Source: Chiloscyllium plagiosum
Lineage: Eukaryota
NCBI RefSeq assembly: GCF_004010195.1
Contig: NC_057718.1
Location: 62,445,928 to 62,509,927 of the forward strand
Length of the DNA: 64,000 nucleotides
Direction of reading: 5' to 3'
Positions 49,957 through 62,539 of the stretch are shown here, piece by piece. A program made the position numbers and the translations under genes. The notes under the pieces were generated by a model. The model saw only the letters and a list, made by a program, of their open reading frames with translations. It made no database searches and was not told the origin of the DNA. Positions within the stretch are counted from its first letter, which is position 1; each line of letters begins with the position of its first letter.

Positions 49957-50779
49957 CTCCTGTTCCCTGGATGCTGCCTGACCTGCTGCGCTTTTCCAGC
50001 AACACATTTCCAGCTCCAAACCTCTGAGTCAGGATACTCGGATTCAAGTCGCACTTGGCTCCAGATGTGTGTCATAATATCTCTGCAACAGGTTGATGAG
50101 AAAAAAGCTCTGGGAACACTAAAATTAGAAAAGGTTTATGGAGGAATATGAGGAACAGATCTCAAATAGAAAGCCTAGCTGTTAACTTTTATTGTACAAA
50201 TATGCCAGTCAGAATTGCTAAAAGTAAGATGGGACCTTTAAGGAGACTGCAGGAAGTAGACAATAGATGAAAATTGGTGAGTTACCTCAGTTAGAGTATT
50301 TTTATGACACAGAAGCAGGCATTTCGGTCCATCAACACTGTGCCAGCTTTCCAGAGCAATCCAATTAATCAGATACCTGGGCTCCATTAACATAACCATG
50401 CAAGATTACTTCTTTTATAGCAATTTACTATTGATCACCTGCTTTGCAGCAATTTCCAGGTCATCACTACGTCCTGCGTAAACCATTTCTTCCTTGCATC
50501 TTTTCTGCATCTCTTGTCCAAAGTTTAAAGTATGCATCTCCCAGTCTTGTACCTTCAGCTAACAGGAGCAGCTTTTCCTGGTCTACCATATCCAAGTTGT
50601 TAACTCTCACCTCCATCCCCTTTACTACATTGAGAATAAGTCCGGTATCTGCAACTTAGCCTTTCAACTAAAATCCCTCATTCTTTTAATATTTCCTGTC
50701 ATTCTTTTCAAGACACAACAATCATGTTGTGGTCAAAGCAGACTTGTTAAAAGTTCAACATAACTTTCCTGGTTTTGGT

Positions 50780-51100
50780 GGGCAGCACGGTGGCACAGTG
50801 GTTAGCACTGTTGCCTCACAGCGCCAGAGACCCAGGTTCAATTCCCACCTCAGGTGACTGTCTGTGTGGAGTTTGCACATTCTCCCCATGTCTGCGTGGG
50901 TTTCCTTCGGGTGCTCCGGTTTCCTCCCACAGTCCAAAAATGTGCAGGTTAGGCGAATTGGCCATGCTAAATTGCCCGTAGTGTTAGGTGAAGGGGTCAA
51001 TGTAGGGGAATGGGTCTGGGTGGGTTGCGCTTCGGCGGGCCGGTGTGGACTTGTTGGGCTGAAGGGTCTGTTTCCACACTGTAAGTAATCTAATCTAATC
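50780..51100 (+). mobile_element. HE1-type tRNA-derived V-SINE, full length
   Basis: GGCAGCACGGTGGCACAGTGGTTAGCAC (A box), GGTTCAATTCC (B box), V-domain GTGGAGTTTGCACATTCTCCCC, tail (TAATC)n. Confidence 0.88.
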
Positions 51101-54100
51101 AAAAAACCTTTAATAAAAAGCCAAAAATCTCATATATCGTTAACTATTTTCTCAAAATGACCTGCTCCTTCACATTACACAGAATTTCTTCTTACCCTGC
51201 ACATTCTTTAGGTCTGTGCTATTGAAACTATATCGCTTCTCTTTATCTCTTCTGCCAAAGTGCATCACCTCACATTTATCTGTGTTAAATTCCAACTGCC
51301 ACTTGTCTTCTGATTCTGCAAGCCTCTGTGTCCTATCACAGTTGATTTAATCCCCCTGTTTGGTATGGTCAGTTCCTAGCACTTATTTCTGTGGAACACC
51401 ACAGTCCACCCCATTGTGATAAATAACCCTTTATCATAACTCACCACTTTCTATCCTTAAGCTGATTTATTTTCTAACCAAGTTAGTATTGACCCTATTT
51501 CATGAACTACAATTTTATTAACAGTCTTTATGTGGTATTTTGTAAATATTTTCTTAAAATCCATATACATAGTATCCAATCCTCTGCACATATGTATCCA
51601 GAGAAGATTTGAAAATCATGGCAAGTCTTCTGCTATCTCCACCCTAACACCCTTTAGAGATTTGGGATGTAAAACATCTGGATATATCCACTTTCAGCAT
51701 AGTCAACCATTCCAGTACAACCTGCCTCTCAATTCTTAGGATAGCCATTACTTTTGCCATCATGGTTTCTCTCAACTTGCTGACTACTTTGTTTTCCTTA
51801 GTAAACATCAGCACAAAACAGCCATTAACAACTCCGCCTCATCTTTTTTATTCAAGTATATATCCACCTTCTTTGCCCCAATTTGATCCACCTCTTAGTA
51901 CCCGTTTACCATTTACATGGCAGTAGAATCTTTTAAGGGTTCTATTATTTCTATTGGTTTGTTTTCTAAATCAGTCTAATTTAGCATGTTGTGACACAAT
52001 CTCAGGGCAAGTGTGACTTTGAACCCTGACTTTTCTGGCCCAGAGGCAGGGGCAGTACTACTATGCAGAAGACTTGCATGTTCCTTTTAATTCTATTCGC
52101 ATATTCTCTCTTTGCCAGTCTTCTTTTCCTCTTCACTGCCTTCTCAATCAATTGTAATGATTGTTTTTTTTTGCTGGAATGTTTGCCTGACATGAACCAT
52201 TTATCCTTCTTTTGTTTACATTTTCTATTTCTCTTGTCATCAAAGAATTCTGGCTTTGGTTCAAATGTGGGTTTTTGATCTTGTTGAATGTGCCTAACCT
52301 GTATCTGAAATTTCATCTCAAAATTCACCTATTGTTCTATTCCAGTTTTTGGGTTAGTCTTTCTTCCATTTTATCTTGATGACATCCTGTCCAGACACTT
52401 GGTCTATTTCAGTACTCAACACCAGATCCAGTAATTTCTCTTTTCTAGTTGAACCGAGAAGATGTGGACTCAGAAAGCCTGAACACATTTCATACATTCC
52501 CCCTCCTCCTTACCTTTCCTCTAATGCTCCCAATTGACATTCTGGCGACGCATATCTTCCAATAAAATCACATGATATTATAAATCTGTGATTACACTGC
52601 AGATCTGCTTCCCTATTTCTCACACTGATGGCTTAGATGATGCTCCCAATTTTGTGGTCATCCTTTTTCTGGGTCTTGACACTAACCAACTGAATTCTAT
52701 CTTTGCCACCTGAAGTGCATTCTCTCTTCCTAACACAATTTCTTCTCAAATCAGTTCCTTTCTTGCTTTCCCTATCTTTCATAAGCACTTTGTATTATTG
52801 AATATAGAGTGCCAAGTCTGCAATATTTTTATGCCCTGCGTCTATTTTTTGCTACTGCATCATATTCTAACATGGTTTTCATGCTGTTAAGTCACCCATT
52901 TGCCACACTTTTTTTATTTGTGTATATGTTAATATCAGGGGTTTGGTCAGCTGGTCTGCAATGCAAAGTGATGTCAGCAGGATGGGTACAACTTCTGCAC
53001 TGGCTGAGGTTACCATGAAGGACTCTCCATTTCAACCTCTACCCTCACATGGTATAGTGAAACCCAGGTCAAACCATAACCAGTCATCTGTATCTAATGA
53101 GAGAGCTTGAAATATTTAAAATAGAGTAATCTATTGAATGAAGTACTTAAGATGAAATAGGAGGAGCAATGTTTTGAAACAGATTTTGAAACTATAAAGG
53201 AGGGACAGAATAAATAAAATGTTTCCAGTGTTGAGAGATCTAAAACAAGGGATGTAGATATAAATTAAAAATAGTAGATATAGGCAGACAGCATGCTAAA
53301 CATTTTCAAGGTATTTTTCGATTGCTGTGGAAAACTGAAATTAATGAATGAAAGCTTTTAAAATAGCCAGGTGGTTGAAGTAAAGGCGGAAGTTGGAATA
53401 GGGCGGCCAATAAGCTTAGAATTATTTAGTAGTTAGTACAAAATAAAGTAAAAGATACATTTTATCAAAGGTTTTCATCTTTCAATCTGGGCATTTGCAA
53501 GGATATGACTTCAAGGAGAAAACCGGTGCTTATACTTCAAGGGAAGAGAGTGCTGATTGATTGGTAAGTGGACTCCAATCATTAGAGGTTTTGCCATGGA
53601 GAATGCAGCATTTAATGATGATTTGACAGTTAACTACAACATTTTATTTACATTTTAGACCAAGCAGGTTGTATCTGATTGGTCAGAGTACTGATTAGGC
53701 TGCCGCCTACTTTGTTGAGTTGAAACAGAAGCAGGGCATCTTCATGTTCTTTCTGTGTAATGAACAGGACCCTGTGTATTAATGTATGGAACTTCCAGTA
53801 AATGCAAGAGTGTCATAGTGCAAGCCCAACTGACAGTTTGAAGATTTGTCAAAATAATTCTTTGTACAGTCAGGATTATCCAAAGGAATAATATGGTATT
53901 TGAATTTCTGTGCCTGCAGGTGTAATGCTGTGTATGTAGACTATAAGTCACAAAGTCTGATAGATTGTATCAATGCAGCTATATATAACAAGCAAGGTAC
54001 TGACCAAATCCAATCCATCCACGTTTGCAAAACTCACAACAGTGTCCAATAATAGCTGTGATTCTCAAATGGACATCATGTGTTAGTTAAATAATCCCGA

Positions 54101-54684
54101 GTGTCCAAATCATTATGCTGATAACCAAGGTAGGAATTTTCAGTCCGGCTAATATTGTAATGTGGTGCAATTGTATATCCTGGAAACTCCATAATGTTGA
54201 TATATAGGATCCTATTCTCTGCAGACAGCAAGAACACGTACACACTGCGCCTATTTCAACTCAACAAAAATAGGTGATATCCATTTGCTGGTTCATTTCT
54301 CAGAGCAGTATCCTGACCAGAGTAACAGTCATCAGAGTAAATCTGCCTTATTTAATGAAATGTAATTATTAAATTTAAAAATGCATGGTGAATAACTGTC
54401 ATCATTAATCAGAACATTCTCCATAATAGTGCCTCTACCAGAGTCTACTTGACAGTCTGTCAGCATTTTCCTTCCATGCAGTATAAACACTGGCTTTGCT
54501 TTTGAATTTGTATTCAATTAGTAAAATTATTCATATGGTTGGGCAAATAGTTGATTACTTATTGCAATTTCGCTTCAATAATCAAATTTAAAATTATTGG
54601 GTATTTTTTAGAACAGGAATTGTGATCCGAAGGGACTTGAATATTATAACTTACTATTAAAGCTGAGCTTTAAATTACTTGCAG

Positions 54685-54865
54685 TGTGCCAAGAGATTTG
54701 AAGAAATGAGAAACAATGGAACCATGCCCCATATTTGTGATGAAAACAAGTGTGAAGGCAGTCCCTCTAAATCGCTAGCAACATATATTAAATCAACACT
54801 ACTGGATCATGAAGATGATGAAAAATCTAGATTATCTGTGGTGCAGAATTGCATTTCCACACCAG
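54685..54865 (+). CDS. SANBR: SANBR second coding exon (end of SANT domain and linker)
   Basis: Acceptor ttacttgcAG (54683-54684), phase-0 join to the previous exon. CAKRFEEMRNNG...GSPSKSLATYIKSTLLDHE matches recalled human CAKRFDELKSSG...ESPVETLATYIKSSLLDIH. Donor G|GTCAGT at 54866 (phase 1). Confidence 0.9.
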
Positions 54866-55212
54866 GTCAGTTATGTCTACTCAGTGTTTAAATCTTTATA
54901 ACAGAAGTCTCATATATTTGTTATGAATTGATTCTTAAAATGTGTTATTGTAGACCAAAAGAACTACATAAGTTCTACAGGTTGCAACTAATCAAAACTT
55001 TTTATTTGGAAATCGTGAGTTACAAGTTTATTTCAATGTCCTGTCTTGCTGAATACTTCTCAGGAAGCTGTATTGTTGCATGTGACTTGCTGAGTAATGC
55101 TCAACACTAAGTCACACAAAATTACAAGTTGCAAAGGGAATCTGTTTGACTTATATCCCTTTTAGATTTCTGAAAGGGCTGTCCAGTTAGTCCCACTCTT
55201 TTGCTGTGAAGA

Positions 55213-55760
55213 CATTGGAGCAGAATTAGCCATTTGGCCCATTGCATTTACTCTGCTGTTGATGGCTGATATGTTTCTCAATCCCATTTTCCTACCTTCT
55301 ACCTGTAACCTTTGATTCCTCTTATAATCAAGAACCTATCTATCACTATCCAAAATACACTCAATGACCTAGCCTCCGCAGCCTCTGTGCCAATGCGTTC
55401 CACAGATTCACCACCCCCAGCTGAAGAAATGCTTCCTTATCTCCATTCTAAAGGGTTGTCAGTTCACTCTGTGACTGTGCCCTTGGGTCCTAGTCTCTTC
55501 TAGTAGAAACATCTTCTCCACGTCCACTCTATCCAAACCTCTCAGTATTCTCTAAGTTTCAATTAAATATCCCTTTCATCCTTCGAAACTCCATCGAATA
55601 CAGACCCAGAGTCTTTAACCACTCCTTATCTGACAAGCCCCTCATTCCCATGATCGTTCTTGTGAACACCTCTGGACTCCTCCAAAGTAGCACATCCTTC
55701 CTTAGGTACAGGGCCCAAAACTGCTCACAATATTCCAAATGTAGTCTGATCAGAGCCTTA
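55213..55760 (-). mobile_element. CR1 3' fragment
   Basis: ORF 55559 (ALIRLHLEYCEQFW..LGLYSMEFRRM); similar to 62545-63140. Confidence 0.75.
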
Positions 55761-57841
55761 GACACCCCCCTTTGCCTTGCAAATTTCACTTTTCCAAGTA
55801 TATATCTGGTTCTTTTTTGGATGTTACTTCTAACTTAGCTTTCAGCACTCTTTCACATAGTGCATTCCACCTTCTAACAATTTGTTATGTTGAAAGAGAA
55901 TTCTGATCTCTCTTTTTGCCAAATTTTGTCTTCTAGTTGTGTTCACGTCAGTTGACCAGTTTTCCTCCATCTACCCTATCAAAATCCCACACAACTTTGA
56001 ATACCCTTCTTGAATCTCTCCTTAGTGTCTCTATTCCGCTACATTTAATTTGGGTACTATTCATTAACTGGCAACATGACAATAGTTATTAATGCATTAA
56101 TTTGAAGACTTGTAACTGTTCCAGTACTGCTTCCAAGATGACTTGGCAGTTACTCAGGCAACTGAATGATGTGTAAATTAGTGACATTTTAACTTCCATT
56201 TTTAGAGGACTGTCCACACAATATTACACATTTGTGAAAGGCGGTATTAATTACCTAAAAGAAATTGTTACACCATTATGGAAAGCTACTTACCATATAA
56301 AACAGAAATAATGTGATAAAATGTTAACAAAAGCAGAATTAAGCACTTAGAATAGAGATACTTGGAGATTGTCGTCTTGTTACACTAAATTATCTTTCAA
56401 TTTCAACATTTTCAGCACTTATAATTCCCACATTTTGTTTTGTTTGTTGTGGAGTAAAGCCCACATCTGCCAATGCAGACAAGCACTGATCATGCCCTGT
56501 TTTGTGGGAATAGGACCATTGAAATGACCAAAGGAGCTGCATGTGTTTAGAAGGTTGTCATAGCTACTCTGCAGAAAAGAGGTGCAACAAGGGTCCACTT
56601 GAGAGTTCTTTGATGCAGCCCACTCAGAATACACTTCAGCTGTTAAGTAATTCACTCAGAACTCTTATAGTCCCAATTGCTGTCATTTGTTAGATTCTAA
56701 TACAGACAATCAACCCTTTGTAAGGAATTTTCAGAACGTTTATTAAGTTTGTTAAGAAGCAGCAGTTTAGATTTGGTACATTAGATGATAAAAAGTATAT
56801 GATCCATGACAATTGAGGATGGTTCACTGATAAATACAAGTCCAAAATGAGCTCCTGTTATAGAATCTGTCAATCATTAAAATTGTGACAGCAGTAGCCT
56901 GTTTTCTAGCTAAAGGTTTAAAGAACTCTTCCATCTGAAAATAGCTGATTGACAATGGTTGCTCCTTACAAGGACTGCCTGATCACTTATTGTCTAACAC
57001 CTATTGCTGGAGCTGGCAGTTTATGCTGTATCAATCACCCATGTGAATCCTTCTACCCAATAAACACTGGACGACTACGCTCAACATAAAGAAACTGTTC
57101 CATTCTTTCCCACCTTCATCTGAAGGTTAGTTTTGATTTGTTTTGGGAAAGAAACTTTGATTTTCTTAAATACTGCATTTATAATAGGATAAATATAGCA
57201 CAATATAGTTCTGTAGTTCTTTGATATCAACTTAAGAAACACTGTGGCCTTAGTAGTCTTTTGAGAAAGCAATAAATGCTATGACAGAAGCTAAATGAAA
57301 TCTCATTCCACATAGGAAATGCTTAAAAAAAAGGATCAGTTTCAAGGGACCCCAACATCTTTCCATCACACTTCACAATACCTACACCAGATACATGCCC
57401 ATGATTTGAAGAAGGCCTGGAAGTCAAAATATTCTTTTCAGCCCCCAGCGCAATTTAAGGACTTGTAAATTGATTGGAAATTCTGACATGAAGAGATCCA
57501 TCATAAATACTGATGCAACATTCCATAGAGCAGTAATGGGGGAAAAATAATCTTCCATCCCATCTCCCAGATGAAACTTAGGATTTGCGTCTCAACTTTG
57601 CTCACTCTACCATGTTGTATGAACCTGTCCTTTATTCTATGTAGTCACAGCCAAATTGTTAGTGTTGAGTACAGTAATAGTTAAATTGGAAAGGCACATG
57701 GATGGCTTGAATTACATTTTGTGTTTCAAATGTTAAAGGGTAAAATTGATTGAATAATGCATTTGACTTTTTGATCAGTGCAATATAGTTCGGCTGCCTT
57801 GAGTCTGTAATGTCTAGTTTTAATACTGTTCAATATTCAAG

Positions 57842-57932
57842 GACGGACTGCAATATCTTCAGGAAGAAATTGCACTCTAAAAGAAAATGGTGCAACTGAT
57901 AAAGATGAAGACAAACTGGATGAAAGCCAAGG
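57842..57932 (+). CDS. SANBR: SANBR third coding exon (linker before the BTB domain)
   Basis: AG at 57840-57841. A phase-1 start gives GRTAISSGRNCTLKENGATDKDEDKLDESQG, similar to recalled human GRHSIASTRNCSSESEN...EESEG. Donor GG|GTGGGT at 57933. Confidence 0.8.
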
Positions 57933-59479
57933 GTGGGTAATAATGATATGTATCTATTTCTGTAAAGGGCTATAATTGGACCTTTTCATGTTATCCTGAT
58001 GAGTATACTTGTTTTACGAAATTCTTTACTGGAACATAAAAATGGCGTATTTTTGAACTGAGTGGATAGATTTAGATGAGCCAGATCCTGGTTGTGGTAG
58101 GTAAAGTGTGCAAACATGTAAGCTATTACAATGATTTAAAAACAAATATTAATCATCTGACAGCATTTTGAAAGGCTTAAAGTTAAGACACTTCGGAATT
58201 CCATGATTCAATTTAATTACTCAGTGCCTTCCTATTAATGTAACAAAATGTCTCATGGCATATTACAGGGCAAATTGGTAGAGAAATTAGTGGCAATAAC
58301 TGAGATACAGTAGAAATTTTGGAAGAAATGTAGTGTTGTAAAGATATTCATGAAGAGAATCTGAGTCTTGAAGCCTGGAGGATATTGTTAAGACAAGCAT
58401 GTTTTCTTCCAGACTGTGAAGATTGTGAGCTTTGGTATATAGTTGCCGAATATCCACTGTGTCCCTGGAACTATGGTGTGGTGGGATTTTGCAAGCTGGG
58501 TGTTGAAATTGCTACTGCTGGGAGACTGGGAAGAAATGGTGGATGACCAGAATATGAGTGAGCTTTGGGATAGCTTACAAACTCTGGACTCCTAAATTAG
58601 TTTCGAGTTTTCATTGCATAGAGCTGAGGAGGTTGGCAAGGAGAATGTTGGACAAATAAGATCCATGTTAGCACTTATGCTCACAGTGCAAACAGTAGGC
58701 ATAAGTTGACATAAGAACAGTTTATTCACTTGTGATGCCTTGTGTTACAGGGAACCCCACATTCTGAAAACTTTGTACTTGTGCAGGTGGTGCCTCCTTT
58801 CCACAAAGAAGATAATAAAGTCATTGCCATTTCCAAATATTATGTCATTTATTTTAATATATGTGTGCACTGTTTTGGTGCAAAAAGAAATACTACACAA
58901 AAGCTTCGTACTGTGGTTATATTTATGACATGGTTCAGACTTTGTCCTGTTTCAGCAATTGTCAAGATTACTTTACAGCAAATGATGCAGCAATAATGTC
59001 CTCCTTTGTGGGGCAGATGATGCAGACTGTCTTGTTTAGGAGATGTGATGGGAGCTACAAATGTGAGACTTGAGGCAATAGTGGTGCAGACAAAACATCT
59101 CTGATGTTACAACTGCATTGGTTGGTTATGTATGAACTGCTCTTCCACATGAACACAGTCATGACCTTTGAACCCAAAAGATGTATTCAGTGGTATCAAC
59201 TTACAACTTAAGTGACAGCCACAACTGAAGAATGAAAGCAAGCACATTAAGATCCCAGAAAATGTCTTCATGGTGCACAGCTCAAAGTTACCACCTTTAG
59301 TTCTAGAGTTTGGTGAAACTAGGGAGGTAGGACACAAGTTTAGTTGAGCTGAGAAAAATGCAATTGACTGCACTCCTGGTGTCTGCCCACAGTGGGAATC
59401 TGAGGGTAGGGATAGGAATGGGATCATTTAGACCTGACACATTGGATGAGTGGCAGTGAGGACTTCCCTTGTTACTAAT

Positions 59480-61415
59480 TTTTTTAATCGAATGTTTGAC
59501 GTCGGTGGTGGGCAAGTTGTTGGAGGGAATCCTGAGTGTCAGGATGTACATGTATTTGGAAAGGCAAGGACTAACTAGGGACAGTCAACATGGCTTTGTG
59601 TGTGGGAAATCATATCTCACAAACTTGATTGAGTTTTTTGAAGAAGTAACAAAGAGGATTGATGAGGGTAGAGCAGTAGATGAGATCTATATGGACTTCA
59701 GTAAGGTGTTTGACAAGGTTCCCCATGGGAGACTGATTAGCAAGGTTAGATCTCACGGAATACAGGGAGAACCAACAATTTGGATACAGAACTGGCTCAA
59801 AGGTAGAAGACAGAGGGTGGTGGTGGAAAGTTGTTTTTCAGACTGGAGGCCTGTGACCAGTGGAGTGCCACAAGGATCAGTGCTGGGTCCTCTACTTTTT
59901 GTCAATTACATAAATAATTTGGATGCGTGCATAAGAGGTACAGTTAGTAAGTTTGCAGATGACACCAAAATTGGAGGTGTAGTGGACAGCAAAGAGGATT
60001 ATTTCAGTTCAAAGTTTGTGCGAAGATTTGTAGCTCGGGTGCTCGTTGCTGTGGTTCTGTTCGCTGAGCTGGAAGTTTTTGTTGCAAACGTTTCGTCCCC
60101 TGGCTTGGCGACATCATCAGTGCTTGGGAGCCTCCTGCGAAGCGCTTCTTTGATGTTTCCTCCGGTGTTTATAGTGGCCTGTCCCTGCCGCTTCCGGTTG
60201 TCAGTTTCAGCTGTCAGTTTCAGCCATGATTATATTGAATGGTGGTGCAGGCTCGAAGGGCNNNNNNNNNNNNNNNNNNNNNNNNNNNNNNNNNNNNNNN
60301 NNNNNNNNNNNNNNNNNNNNNNNNNNNNNNNNNNNNNNNNNNNNNNNNNNNNNNNNNNNNNNNNNNNNNNNNNNNNNNNNNNNNNNNNNNNNNNNNNNNN
60401 NNNNNNNNNNNNNNNNNNNNNNNNNNNNNNNNNNNNNNNNNNNNNNNNNNNNNNNNNNNNNNNNNNNNNNNNNNNNNNNNNNNNNNNNNNNNNNNNNNNN
60501 NNNNNNNNNNNNNNNNNNNNNNNNNNNNNNNNNNNNNNNNNNNNNNNNNNNNNNNNNNNNNNNNNNNNNNNNNNNNNNNNNNNNNNNNNNNNNNNNNNNN
60601 NNNNNNNNNNNNNNNNNNNNNNNNNNNNNNNNNNNNNNNNNNNNNNNNNNNNNNNNNNNNNNNNNNNNNNNNNNNNNNNNNNNNNNNNNNNNNNNNNNNN
60701 NNNNNNNNNNNNNNNNNNNNNNNNNNNNNNNNNNNNNNNNNNNNNNNNNNNTTCACAACATCCTTCCTATCTGAAAGATGTTGTGAAACTTGAAAGGGTT
60801 CAGAAAAGATTTACAAGGATGCTGCCAGGGTTGGAGGATTTGAGCTACAGGGAGAGGCTGAACAGGCTGAGGCTGTTTTCCCTGGAGCGTTGGAGGCTAA
60901 GACTTTATAGAGGTTTACAAAATTATGAGGGGCATGGATAGGGTAAATAGGTACAGTCTTTTCCCTGGGGTGAGGGAGTCCAGAACTAGAGGGCATAGGT
61001 TTAGGGTGAGAGGGGAAAGATATAAAAGAGACCTATGGGGCAACTTTTTAATGCAGTGGGTGGTACGTCTATGGAATGAGCTGCCAGAGGAAGTGGTGGA
61101 GGCTGGTACAATAGCAACATTTAAGAGGCATTTGGATAGGTATATGAATAGGAAGGGTTTGGAGAGATATGGGTCAGGTACTGGCAGGTGAGACTAGATT
61201 GGGTTGGAATATCTGGTCGGCATGGATGGATTGGACTGAAGACAAAAGTGAGGACTGCAGATGCTGGAAACCAGAGTTTAGATCAAAGTGGTGCTGGAAA
61301 AGCACAGCAGGTTAGGCAGCATCCGAGGAGCAGGAAAATCGACGCAAAAGCCCTTCATCAGGAATAGAGGGGTCTGTTTCCATGCTGTACATGTCTATGA
61401 CTCTATTACTCTAAC
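59480..61415 (+). mobile_element. CR1 LINE RT and 3' UTR, interrupted by Penelope fragments (60007-60215, 61240-61368) and an N-gap
   Basis: SQHGF..YMDFSKVFDKVPH..GVPQGSVLGP..FADDTK; 3' tail TCTATGACTCTAT. Confidence 0.9.
60084..60123 (-). ncRNA. Minimal hammerhead ribozyme motif (family C), intact core
   Basis: Reverse complement GCA-CTGATGA-T-GTCGCC..GGGGAC-GAAA-CG-TT-TGC. Confidence 0.75.
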
Positions 61416-62539
61416 TGACTGTTGAAAGTTTATCTGTTTTCGCATTCTGACTTGTGTTTTCCCTCTCATCAGCACAATATTAACATCTAACTAATAATAA
61501 AACATAAGATAAATATAGGATTATTAAAAATTGATCTTTTAAAAAGTAAGCCAAGTGACATTAATGAGTTAATATACCTTTTGTTTTAACTTTTCAGAAT
61601 ATGAGATTCAGAAGCAACTTGAGATACGGCAGTAATTGGTTTAACTTGGTAACTTGTCCTTCTTTACCACAATTGCCACCACTGTCATAAATATAAAATT
61701 ACACAAATTTAACTTTTGCATTTTGTCCCCAGCATTTTGCAAAATAATTTTGGAAAAACTGCCAAGTAAAATTTTAAGTTTACTCAAAAATTCCAGTTAA
61801 ATGGTGCAGATGCATCTGGAAAATAGTACACTTTCCATATGCTCCGGCTTCAAGATCATGCTTTAGATAATAGTTGCACTATGAGAAGAACTATTAATCA
61901 TTGATCGATATCTTTGGAGCTTCAGAAATCTTTAAGTAATACCGTAAAACTGACAAAATACATATAAGAAATAATTGTTGAAAGTAATTTAAGTTACAGC
62001 ATTTTTCCATGCCAGTGTTTTTATAAATTGTACCCTGTTTAATTTCTTAAAGGTAAAATGTCAGCATATGCAAAGCCTAAATGAATGTTATAACAAAGAG
62101 ACATATGTTGAAGATTACCTGTGATAGCTTAACAGCATTCTAGTTTTAGCAGAACTTTGCTTACATTTGACTCCATGTCTTTTACTTTTCTGAGCTGTGT
62201 AGGTGCATATCATGGAACCTAGGATCCCATGTTTAAAATGTAAACCTATGTTCCTAAATGTTTGAATGCTATTTTAGCTGTATATACATTAGATCTTGTT
62301 GGTCACATATCTGTGGCAATAATGCTAATATAATGATTTTGAAAGCTTCAGGTTCATGGTGTTTTAAACAAGATAACCTACCTAATTGTTTAAAAAAAAC
62401 ATAAATGAAGCTTGGGCTTCAATCATCAGGTTGTCAGGTCTACCAGCTGAATGTACACTGTAGCTAAAATATGAACATCTTTCTTGCCACCACCAAAGCC
62501 CCCGCCCTCTGCCTTCCCCAGTCTAATTGTTACTTATAA

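Larger units (their letters stand above)
48905..50016 (-). mobile_element. Penelope-like element (family A), GIY-YIG 3' part with an inverted terminal arm
   Basis: RRLEEERLIFRLGALQPPGMN (ORF 49185); 48940-49190 is an inverted repeat of 49761-50016. Spans an N-gap. Confidence 0.88.

Noticed and set aside
59469..60941. 490-aa ORF
   Set aside because: Artefactual chimera of CR1 RT, an antisense Penelope terminus and a 490-nt N-gap; not a gene.
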